A program made the translations under genes and the position numbers. A DNA stretch of 64,000 bases from Tubiluchus corallicola (taxonomy: Eukaryota > Animalia > Priapulida). Below, piece after piece: positions 49,901 through 61,620 of this stretch. The notes under the pieces are model-generated. The model ran no database searches. It was not told the origin of the DNA and saw only the letters and a program-made list of their open reading frames with translations. The stretch's first letter is position 1. Every line of letters starts with the position of its first letter. The DNA lies in assembly GCA_030141605.1 (NCBI GenBank), contig JAQGDQ010000416.1, positions 1-64,000 of the forward strand, in the 5' to 3' direction.

Positions 49901-52900
49901 AAATATTTGATTATCGCCAACTAGAAAAAGCAAAAACTAAGAATTTGAAACGTGCTAATGCAATGCTTGTTTTCCTTGCTAAGAATTAATTCACTGCAAC
50001 TATTTCGTTCATTCAAATTTGGACTGCGAGTAGGCTACGATTTAAATTTAGTTAGATTTTGCTTCCCCGCATTATGACTCCACTTCGTGAAATTTCGACC
50101 TTTCGAGGAGGAATTTCGCTTTCGTTCATAAAGTGCTTAAGCGATGTTTTTTACCGCAATGATTTATGCTGACTTATCGCAAAATGTCTTGCTTTTATTA
50201 GTTTTGAAAAGATCAACTTTATTAATTTACCAATAATTGCACCCTGCTTTGTCATGTCTTTCGTTAGTTTCATTCAAATTTTAAATAATTGTGACCTTCA
50301 ACACACCACAAATAGTTAATTTTCTGAGCTCCACTTATCACACTACAAACAGTTTATCCGAAATTATATGAATACCTGAAATGCCAAACTGTTTGCTAGA
50401 TTACACAATTATCGTCATCTCTACATAATTTTACCTGTAGCTCCAAATAATTTTTTTGTAAACCATTTAAATTTTCACTTCAGTCACTGACAAATCAGAA
50501 AACAAATTCAGATGTGTCTTCGAGTCGTTGAAAATTCAACACGTCGAATTTGGAGTAGGTGAAGCGAAAACGAACTAAGAACCGCTGTATATTTATATAT
50601 TTTGTATGTAATTATTCAGCATCAAAGGCATTTATGTTTTACGCTGAAACGCTTTTAAAACTATGTATCTTATAATACACCAATCCCATTTGTGCGTGCT
50701 GTTTGTACAATCTGGAGTCCTATTTGGTTTCCTCAGTTGGAATCCAGCTTCTGCAATTAACCACCCGTTGGGTTGTGTAACACTTTCCTCTCTCATTTCC
50801 GAATTTATCCAAACCACAATGCCTCTCCTGTCAAAGCGCACAACAGAGTTTATTTAAAATTAATGACCTGGTACAATGATAATTAATGGCCAACTTAAGT
50901 AATGAATCGCTGAAACATGCAGAATAACCTGCATAACACGAGTTAATGATTAATTAAACCAGCATTTCAATTCATCTATTCGAAATATAGAGGCGGGATG
51001 ATTAAACCGCGTTTCAGCTAGTAATAATTTAGCATCATTTACCATTGGCTGTGATTTATAACAATTAAGCCTAAAGTGCAAAAACAAGATGTACGAAAGA
51101 TAGCTCTAAAGGTATCTATTCTCTTTATTGCTTACCTTCTCTGTAAAGCTTACCGATTCAAACTTTTGCAAACAGCGAAACATAAATTCTTCATAACAAA
51201 CCAAATAACTGTTTTCATTGTGTGAAAAATTCCCCAAGTTTTATTTCTGTTTTTATGTTTCCCATGGTAGTTTTTGGTAACTTTTGTGTTCAGACCTGGC
51301 CTACTTAACAACAGTTAAGATTGTTTATCAATCGAAAACACGGTTTTTTATCATTTCGAAATACGTTTGCATTTTTTACACTTCTCATGTAAAGCTTAGA
51401 ATCTGTAAATTCTTTGTACCATATACACTTCAAATGCAAAAGAATAAAGTGTCAGGGGTCTATGAACTGCTGATGTGTTACAAAAGTAAGCTGGAACTCT
51501 CGGTCGTCATTTCAGTTTTTCACGAACCCTCTTTCTCTGCGTCACGTATATTCGTTATGCGTCCCACACAGGTGAGAGAAACTGCTATATCCTTTATCCT
51601 CATCTCTAGAGCTGGAGTGAAGTTGCATATTCTGGCGGTACTGCTGCTGTTGATTCTTTGTTGGCTGCGTGAATCCCTGCTGTGATAATAATAGCGCAGC
51701 AGAACGTCCGACCAGACTCCGGAAATTTTAAACTCTTAGATTAGCATTTACTAATGTTCTTTGTTTGTGCGACCACAAATTTAGCTATTACGTTACTTGA
51801 GCGTAAAGATTGAACATGGTTGTGGGTTTGGCACGTTAAGCTTGCTTCAAAAGCCATGTCAGAGTTCTCAAATATCCGAAACTCAGAAGTGCCTGTTTTA
51901 CTAAAACACTTTTCTCTGTAAAATCGAAAGATGAGACGGGCTGTTCCGTGCATATTGCAACCTTAAAAGTCTGCGTGAAAATCTTTCCTTAATTTCAATC
52001 TTAACAATGAAACTAGTTTAAATGACTCAATTTATGCTTTTCCTTTTATCGACAGATGGTGCTACTAGTGTCGCCATCTACTAAAATTATCACTTAAGCT
52101 AATAAAAAACTCGTAATCCCTTACAATTAGCGATTACGCGTATGCGAACCTCTCAAATTTACTCTAATCACAAACTATTTTTTTTCCTAATTAAAAATAT
52201 TAAAAGTTTTAAAAGTATGAGACAGCTAATCTAAACTGTACAAATTATACCTAACAGCATCGTTGGCGTTTGAGAAAATTACGTATAGCAATTTGGCTAG
52301 CAAATATGAATGAAACCATTGTACATTTGTAAATTTCATACAACTTAAACAGACCTACGTATCACATATCTCTGGTCACTATAATACGTGTACATTAACA
52401 TAATATGATTTAGTATTGACTTTCATCAGACTAATGTGTTCCTCTGAACTGCACAATTGCGTAATAAACATCTGCCATTTCATTACATTCAAAACACCTA
52501 GCCCGTCTATTACGTATACGGATGCAGCTCATTTACTGAAGAACTGCTCTAATTAGGATTAAATTGATAATAATGCCAGCACAGTGGTTAGTTAATGTGT
52601 GAATAAGCGTGGCAAGTATGCCTACTGAAGCCTACTGATCCAGGGATGAATCTAGCCTGCCGACGAGTTTATAATACCGGACATCTAAGCAGCTGGCCCG
52701 ACCAGATCGATTGCACATAAACCGATACTGCAGCTGCAATCCAACACACTCCACGTATAATGATTTCTTCACTATTAGTAATTTGTTAATAGTTAAGCAA
52801 CCTTGGCATATACAACAGAGATCGGTGACCGCTTCCACTCTAAATTAATATAGAACGTGTGCAAGCTAAGCACATTTAGAGGGCGCTCAAGTATGCAGCA

Positions 52901-53337
52901 TAGCACGCCCTAAGCCGTAATCCAATACACGAACAACTCCAATTATAAAAAGCACGAATATATTCATCATTATATGCAATAATGTTAATTTTTTCAAACA
53001 GCAATAACGTTGAATTAATATTATTATGCTCTCACCAAACACGGATGTAGAAGTACTAGTTTCACATTGTTTTCATCCCTTTCACTGATGTTATTGTATA
53101 AGCAAGCAAACTTGAAATAATTTAGTATTAGTTGTTTTAAAATTTTGCGCAAACAAATAATTTTGAAATGTAAAGCCACGTTTTAACAAGTCTAGATAAT
53201 ATAGCAAGTTGGTAATGGTGTTGTTTGGATAAAAAATTTACCCTGGGCTTCCAAAGTCGCTTTCACAAAAAACTAAAACAGAAGCCGTAGTCACAGAATG
53301 CTAGCATTAAAGTGGCACCGTGTTGCCGCTACTGCAT

Positions 53338-53617
53338 GTTTATTTTCGAAAGCAGTTTACATTTCCCAACACAATTTAAATACTCTAACCCTAGCATAGC
53401 CCTAATCCTAACCCTAAATCTAACCCTAACCGTAACTCTAGCTCTAACCCTAACATAGTCCTAACCCTAACCCTGACCCTAACTCTAACCCTAACTCTAA
53501 CCCTGACACTAACCCTGACCCTAACCGTAACTCTAGCTCTAATCCTAACCCTAACCCTGACCCTAACTCTGACCCTAACTCTAACCCTAACTCTAACCCT
53601 GACACTAATCCTAATCC
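53338..53617 (+). repeat. Degenerate telomere-like (CCCTAA) tract with a shared unique flank, probably part of an interspersed repeat
   Basis: About 38 hexamers (CCCTAA, CTCTAA, CCCTGA, CCGTAA). The 55-bp flank 53338-53392 recurs inverted at 61027-61082. Confidence 0.85.
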
Positions 53618-54520
53618 GCTTCACGAAATAATTTCTCGTGTGGGGTAAATTGTAATCTTTAGCTTTATTTTGTCACGTATAAGAGACCCCCAGAATAAAA
53701 GACAAAAAAATGGGCTACAAAAAGAGGTGACAATTTGTCTGATATGCAAGTTATCTACTATGCATGTAAACCTCGTCATCAAAAGGTTCCTCTCTCAAAC
53801 TGCATAAAAAGCGAAGTTTTACGGGCACAATGTGAGAGTAAAATTTTGTTGATAAAGAACGCACACAGCATTACAACACGTTGCAGATTATGTCTTGTCA
53901 GGGTCACGAATTTAAAAACACTTCTGTGTAACATTATCATTGCAGCATACGAATTAAATATAAAAAACTTTAGAAGACCCTAGATGACGATCGAGTTCCG
54001 AGGTCACCCAAAGTTATCACTCAAAAATATTCGGGTTAAAAAAGTACGGCTCAATATGCCACTCAGTCGACAGGCTTTTTCTATTTAATTAAATGTGTGA
54101 CTAAAAAGAATAGCTACAAAATGTCACAAGTTACCTACGCAAATACGCAAAGCAAAAAACTTCAGTGCTTTCTTTCTTCTTCCGGTAGGGCTTATTTAGA
54201 GGAGCAGTTGATTCTGTTCACCCTCGCATTGTGCTGTTGCTATGGTAACTATAATCATCTTAAAGATACAAATCTTCTTACGCATAAGCAATTTGCAAAG
54301 CTGCAGCTTCTTTTTCGTGGATAAGCTCCTGTGTGCTTCTTTGTATGACTGCTTGCAAAATGATAAAGCTCAGGTGTAGTTCCGGCGTTAGGTGCTTAAT
54401 GATGCACAATGAATTTATTTCCTTCTTGACTTGCAGCTGGTAAAAAAATCAATGCACTCCATCTGGGATTATGAAACGTGTACAATTGTAGCCCTATTTT
54501 GTTGTTGACATGATTTAATT

Positions 54521-54740
54521 ATGATGACAACGACGACGACGATGATGATGACGATAATGATGACAGTGATGGTGATGATGATGATGGTGATGATGATGAT
54601 GATGGCGATGATTATGATAATGATGATGATGACGACGACGACGACGACGATGATGATGATGATGACGACGATGACGATGATGATGATGATGACGATGATG
54701 ACGACAACAACGACTACAATTACAACAATAACAACAGCAG
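54521..54740. repeat. (GAT/GAC)n trinucleotide repeat
   Basis: Directly visible. Confidence 0.95.
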
Positions 54741-55634
54741 CGGTAATAAATGGAGCATCATTCGCAGTTCGTTCGAATGACAGAAATCCTTTCTGCGATT
54801 AAAAAACTGAAAGAATTCCCAGTGATAAATTATGCCGCAATTTTGCTAAATACAATTTTCGATATTGCCAAAGAGCTAATACAACTTCATGTCAAATATT
54901 TATTACGGGTGGCAAACGTGCAATATGGAATTCCCATGATAAAGGTGTGACTAAACAACAAAATCTCATAAAGAACTATCAATTTACCTAACGTTTAGTG
55001 GCAGTTTCGATCATAAACCATAAAAAGTTTGCTAAAAACATGCACAGAAGGGTGGATAAAACATGTCAGTCTTGACATGTTGACTGTAAAGGTATTCGAA
55101 TAATCTGACACACCTTCTACTTTACACAATTATGACAAGAACTAAAAGTTTCCTGTACTTAATACTGGTACATCTTAGAACGAAACGTTTATTCATCTAA
55201 AATACGAGATTGTATTAAACAAATTTTCCAACCGTTAGTTCTTTAACATTGACAACGTTAGTATAGTTATGGAAACTAAAATTTCAAAGGCACCGGCACT
55301 TGGTGGTATGTGTAATAAGAGTAACATTATGTTTATATTATACCGTCACCAAGTGTACGCATTAAATCATACTCTAAAGCTGTTTTGCGAATGTCTTCAA
55401 TTATTTCCACTCAAGGGATATAAGATATTCCTAACTATGTTTATTAAGTTTAATCCGTAAATAAGTGACACTTCGGAAATTGGATGCAGCTGTCATAGAT
55501 ACAATATCTGAGGTTGATACTGGATGACCTAACAAGTTATATGTACTAAAGATTTCCGTAGTAATCGTCATGCAGCAGTTTCTAGTGAGTTCAAAAATGA
55601 TAAAATGATGGAAATTTGTTCTGAACATTCCTTT

Positions 55635-56119
55635 ATCCATTCATTCATTCGATCATTTGTTTATCCATTCATTCATTCGATCATTTATTTATTCATTCGT
55701 TTCTTAATTTATTTACTCGTTCAATTTTCAGTTACTTATTCAGTCTTCGTTTATTTGTTTGTTTGTTTGTTTGTTCATTTGTTTGTTTGTTTGTTTGTTT
55801 GTTTGTTTGTTTGTTTGTTTGTTTGTTTGTTTGTTTGTTTGTTTGTTTGTTTGTTTGTTTGTTTGTTTGTTTGTTTGTTTGTTTGTTTGTTTGTTTGTTT
55901 GTTTGTTTGTTTGTTTGTTTGTTTGTTTGTTTGTTGGTTTGTTTGCTCAACTGTTTGATTGCTCACTCACTCACCTGTTCTTTTTTGTTTATTCGTTCGT
56001 TTATTCATTTTTTCGTTTCTCCATTTGTACCTTCACTTATGCATTCATTCATTATTAATTTTTATTCATAAAGTAAATTACATTTATTTACTTACTTATT
56101 TATTTATTTATTTATTTAC

Positions 56120-56186
<67 letters not shown>

Positions 56187-56198
56187 CTTACTTACTTA
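55635..56198. repeat. Compound (TTCA)n-(GTTT)n-(TATT)n microsatellite
   Basis: Directly visible. Confidence 0.95.
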
Positions 56199-56690
56199 TC
56201 TAATAAAGCTGGTATTTATCAAGTCCATGTCTAATGCTAATTGCGACGCTTCAGAAATTTGCCTTTTCAACTTTGTAATTTTATGGATTGAATTTACGCG
56301 CTGCTGTTTCAACATCTCTAATGCGTGTTATTCTCATAACTGTTGCCGTTTTTCAAAAATTGATCGCCGTGAGAAGTTTTCAAAGCTGGTTCTACTTATG
56401 CGAACCACTATTAGAAACTGCAAAAACTGGCTTCCTTTAAGTGCCGGGAAAGATGTCTTTTTACTTTCGCGTTAATTTTCGTTTTATTTATTGCGTAAAA
56501 ATGATTACGCAACCATTTTTTTCGAAAAATAACTTCGAAAAAAACACCAAGCAAGAATTTAACCTGTGATTTAAAAAACTGATTATAATTACATTTCAGA
56601 ATGTAAGAACTCGAGGAAGAATAAGCACTGAAAACAAAAAATACAGTGTTTGCTGGTAATAAAAAAGTTGCTGTACATGATGAATTAGCA

Positions 56691-57232
56691 TATTAACTCC
56701 GACAAAGAAATTTTCATCGCCGTTTGTTTGTTAATTTGTTTGTTAGTTAACAAGTTCAGGCAAACGCTACTTCACCGATTTTCAAGATGAGAAAAAACAC
56801 GTTCAGTTCTGGTGGTGCAGTTTTGGAATGTCCGTGAGGAACTGAGGTAAAAATTGCCTGACTTTCTTCCACAAACGTTGAAAACATTGTATAGAAAAAA
56901 TGTCTGTGCGGCAGCTCGTAGGACCCGTGGAGGGAAGTTTCATACTTTTTGGAAAGAAGACGCACTGGGCTAGAAAATAGGGATAGTCGTATTTCTAAAC
57001 ACCTCCAGCAGGATGAGCGGCAGTGAGTTATTCCCAGATTCGGTTTCGGGGAATTCTCGCCTGGAACCGAAAATGACACATACCTATTGTTTTGACGTCA
57101 TCAATTAAGCTCTGGTCTATAACCTTCGATCTGTTTGTTTGTAAGACTGAGTTACTTGTGACTGACTTCTTAACCTAGTATACTCGGCAATCCTTGGTTG
57201 AGTTTTGCTCCTTATTGAGTCCCTTTCTAGTT
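56691..57232 (+). mobile_element. HINE/DINE-like non-autonomous Helentron (Helitron2) element, about 540 bp
   Basis: 5' TATTAACTCCGACAAAG, then a (GTTT)-type microsatellite and CCGATTTTCA core. 3' end CCTTGGTTGAGT (subterminal inverted repeat of ACTCCGACAAAG), small hairpin, and TTTCTAGTT. Matches the recalled TTATTACCTCCGCCAAGG...CCTTGGCGGAGG...TTCTAGTT architecture. Confidence 0.65.
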
Positions 57233-58347
57233 ACAAACTGCATCTATACCCAATATTATTCACTTATAGGCGCCTAAAAAAGCACAAACGATTGCGTCAC
57301 TATTTATTTTCTCTTATTTTCTTAAATCACATTTGCATTATATTATACAGTTGCGTTAAGTGATTAATGAGACGCTACATAAAAGATAATAACTTGTGCC
57401 AATTACCGCTGATTAAAACAACCATTTAGCAGCTAGTGCTCGTGAAATGTCTCACACTAATTAACATCATATAAGTTTTTGCTGAGATTTATTGAGAATA
57501 AATCATTTTAGCGATCTAAATTGTGAGCCGTAAAAACAGTTTAATTAAATCTCAATAGGAGTTTCACAAACAAAAGCGGAACAAATTTTTTACGGGTGTA
57601 ATCGATCATACGGTTAAGATAAAAGTATTGTTATTCTTGGTTTTTAGTTAATGCAAGAGATAAAAGTGTGAGTAAAAACGTAATAGCGTCGTAGTTGAAG
57701 AGAGCCTGGAAATTGAGTTGAAAAACGGCAACAGCAGTAGCACTAGCGATCAGCCAGTGGCAAAGAAAAAGTCATAGCAACAATACTAAAATCAAAAATA
57801 GAGTTATAGCAATAAAAATAACTGCATCATCATCAATAACAATAACAGAGATTGAACTCACAGTGACAGGGGGACGGCAACTACACAGACAGTTGTGGTG
57901 GTGGAGTGGAGTAGACAACCGGACAGCGGTAGCTTACGAAGTCTGTTTTTGCTTTTATTTTTTACAAATATACCCCACGCAGGCCATACGAGCTCTTAGA
58001 CCATGAATGTTCAATAAGGAGATTAGCTTTATTGAAGGCCCTGTTTCTCTATAGCTGTTCAGTAGTTCTCAGTTCAGGTACCTCTCAATTCAGAGGTGTT
58101 CGGTTGTGACGTTATTAGTTTTGAAGTCTGTAAACTACATTGTAAGATTTGAAAATCAGACACACTAACTTCATGGTGTTACCAAATAAAGATGACTTTT
58201 TGAAATCTTGTCCTGTTGCTTATCACTTCAGCCCTAACTTCGGGCCGCTACATGGGCGTTTCCATAACTGTTGTAAAGGCACACGAGGGCGATTTCGATG
58301 TGTTGACAACTCGACGTTTGTACTTTAAAACTCATTACTATTATTAA

Positions 58348-58944
58348 AGCAAAACCTGGCCTAATCTTAAACTGTAGCTCAAAATAATCTAACCAATAAA
58401 ATATTGAAATGCAACATACTATTTTTTCAGAATGACTTACCCGAAAGAATTAGCACAGAATGGTAATTTCGCGTTTGCGCGGCTAGTTCTTCGCTGTTAC
58501 ACGCATTTCCCTATTCGCTAGTTAGTTGGCACCTGCATCTCGGAAACAAGGTGCACGAACATAGGCGCTGTAACTTTTAGTTCAGAGGTGTTCAATTGTG
58601 ACGGTAGTGAACATGTTCGAGAGATCATGCGTGAGCGCAGCGGCAAATTTGAATTTAGAATTTTTATCTTAAAACTTGCCTAGTTTACAACACGCTGAAT
58701 ATCTTACAGTAGCACTGTACTTCAATTTTCGCTTTCACAGACACGTGCAACACACTTGTGGAATGTTTGTGCTGTTAAAAAGTATGTTCAGTGATGTCAT
58801 CATTAGTTTGGCTCGCCCAGTATTAAGTTTTTAACCTATTATTTAATTATTAGAAACACTTTGGCATTATTATAGGTGTTAAACTGTATACATTTTACTG
58901 TGCTTCAAAATGGGGTAGGACATGAAAAATCAACCTGTTTTCCT
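58348..58944 (+). mobile_element. Kolobok-like non-autonomous element, copy A (597 bp)
   Basis: TTAA|AGCAAAAC ... GTTTTCCT|TTAA (TTAA at 58344-47 and 58945-48). Homologous along its length to the reverse complement of 59525-60098. Confidence 0.8.
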
Positions 58945-59524
58945 TTAATAACTAAGTTTGTGACAATGTCACTAAGAACGCACATCACAGAACAGAATAA
59001 CATGTGAATGATAGCAATAATTATTGTAACTTTCTTTTCTGAAATCCTGAGAAGAAGGCTAATAATTGTGCGACATGAAGAGAAATTACACTTAAACCAT
59101 AAAATTATATATTTTTTGGCAAAACAAACATTTTAAGGAGAAGTAAACAAGGTCCTTCCTCTGCACACTTTGATGCGCTGCAGTCGAATAAGAACAAAAC
59201 GCAGAAGGTAGCATATACGATAAATATTCACTTTGAAAAAAGGGAAAAATTCTTGCCTCATTATGTTATAGTCTTGATGTCAAAAAGCAAATTCACTCAA
59301 ACTGAAATCAGAAAATGCAAGTGTTGCTATGGCAACGGAAAATAAGAAGAAACCGAGACACTAATTGCTGGAAGCATATTCTGTCGTTGCTGCTTGCGTT
59401 CCTAGAAGGAAACAAATTTGATAAATGAAAGAACCATTAAATATCTAGATTTGAGTTGTCGTCATTTTCGTACCTGTTGTTTAACAAAAATAACGCGTGG
59501 TATGATAATGAGAAGTGTGGTTAA

Positions 59525-60098
59525 AGGAAGGCAGGATGATTTTTCACGTACTACCCCATTTGCTGCAAGTTTCTGATAATTAAATAATAGACTAAAATAT
59601 TGATTAACGGCGGGCGAGCTCAGCTAGTGATGACATCACAAACTAACATAATTTTCAACATCAAAAACATTCCATGAGCGTGTTGCGCGTGTTTGCGAAA
59701 GCGAATAATTGAAGTACAGTGCTACTGTAAGATATTCAGTGTGTTCTATTAAACCCCGAGAAGTTTTAAGATAAAAATTCAAGTTTCTAATTTACCGCTG
59801 CACTCACGCATGAGCTGTCGAACAAGTGTAGCTCGTCACAAACTAACACATTTTAACCGAGAGGTACAGCAGCTGTTTTTTGTGCAACGCTTTTAGAAAT
59901 GCAGGCGCTAGTGCCCGTCTAACTAGCGAACGGCGAAATACATGTAACAGCGAAGAATTAGTGACGCGAACGCGAAATTGTGTTTGTGTGGTAATAATTC
60001 TTTCATGTAAGGCATTCTTTAAAAATAGCATGTTTCCTTTCAATATATTAAAGAGTAGGTTATTTTGACCTACAGTTTAACTTGCGTTGGGTTTTACT
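59525..60098 (-). mobile_element. Kolobok-like non-autonomous element, copy B (574 bp), inverted relative to copy A
   Basis: TTAA at 59521-24 and 60099-102, AG..CT termini. Shares blocks such as CTGAATATCTTACAGTAGCACTGTACTTCAATT and GAATTTTTATCTTAAAACTT with copy A. Confidence 0.8.
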
Positions 60099-60512
60099 TT
60101 AAGTGCCCATGTGTGCCAATTACTACACGCATACTAGAGTTGAAGTTAGCATTAGGTAGGGTGAGATGTAAGCTGGCGTTGTACTTAGGAAAGGAGTAGT
60201 AATAATTATTGTTATATGATTTCTGATTCAATTCATTTATTATTTTCACGTTGGGAACTTTGTTTTTAACGTTTTTAGTAATTGTCAATACTTAACGTAC
60301 TTATTTCAGAAACAGTTTGTGATGTGGGGAGGTGAAAGTAAACGTTTGTGCATTCTATTACTGATCATTTGAGGGCAAATATTTCAACAATCCTTCGCAA
60401 GATGTTAGAAAAGTGGATGACTAACATTACAATAACAGTTACTAACTAAAAAGCATGCAAGTCCAAATACGAAAATAGTAAAACCTTTCTTGGCTAAAGT
60501 TTACAATTATAA

Positions 60513-60769
<257 letters not shown>

Positions 60770-60990
60770 CTTTATTTAAACATTTGGATGAACAATTAAC
60801 ATAAGCTCCAGAGAGCTTTTGAACCGACTGTAAATAACAATCTACAACTATATAACAGAGACTATTATTACCCCACTTTTGCCCTAAATACTACGCGCCA
60901 GACAGGGCAACAGTAGGTACTATTTTCAAAGTCTTTGGTATGACCCAGCCGCTGTGTCGAACTCACGACTCCATAGCGTGAAGCAGACTA
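60770..60990 (-). mobile_element. tRNA-derived SINE, MetaSINE-like, 5'-disrupted
   Basis: Minus strand: B-box GAGTTCGACAC, then GGGTCATACCAAAGACTTTGAAAATAGTACC...CCCTGTCTGGCGC, resembling the recalled Meta-domain consensus. Ends in AATAAAG followed by an (ATT)n tail. No intact A-box. Confidence 0.65.
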
Positions 60991-61190
60991 AGATTAGGGT
61001 CAGGGATAGGGTTAGAGTTAGAGTTAGGGTTAGTGTATTTAAATTGTGTGGGAAATTGTAAATTTCTTTCAGAAATAGAACTCATAACATCAGCGTAACT
61101 TAGGAACCTTAGATGTAACTTAAACCTATCCCCAATCACAACCATTTTCCTAACCAACCCTAATTCCAAATTTAAATCCTATTGCAACCC
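60991..61190 (-). repeat. Second telomere-like-repeat element, abutting the SINE head
   Basis: TTAGGG/TTAGAG/TCAGGG hexamers at 60994-61033, then the flank shared with 53338-53392, then degenerate CCCTAA-like sequence. Confidence 0.7.
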
Positions 61191-61528
61191 TGGCAACAAC
61201 GAACACAAAGTTTCAAGCGATATTGCCTATACTCAGCCACACAGCACCAATGATTTCTATATTTGCATAGCTGCTTTGACAAGAATTGTCCCTTTCAAGT
61301 TTTTATTTTATTGACTCGCCATTTACGAGCAAACTTTGAACAGAGAGATTCTGATGTTTGAGCAAATAATGCTGATAATTTTAGTTAATAGAACTTCAAA
61401 TTAACAAAAAGCTTTTGGGCGGCGTCTTGGAAATTTTTATGCAGTTTAAACTTTTGGGTTTTCAATATGCTCGTTCATTTTTGGAAACAATGGATATTGT
61501 GGCAGAAAACGATAAAATAAAATAAAGT

Positions 61529-61533
<5 letters not shown>

Positions 61534-61559
<26 letters not shown>

Positions 61560-61620
61560 AACATTTATGTATGTGTGTGTGCGTGCGTGCGTGCGTGCGT
61601 GCGTGTGTGTGTATATGTAT
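61534..61620. repeat. (TA)n/(GT)n/(GCGT)n microsatellite
   Basis: Directly visible. Confidence 0.9.

Noticed and set aside
55517-55545. Degenerate mariner-like terminus TACTGGATGACCTAACAAGTT
   Set aside because: No matching opposite end found.
60935-60990. tRNA gene
   Set aside because: A B-box is present but there is no A-box or cloverleaf, and it continues into a SINE body.
60991-61190. Head-to-head TTAGGG/CCCTAA telomere-fusion signature
   Set aside because: Tracts are short and degenerate and share a unique flank with 53338-53392. An interspersed repeat explains this better.
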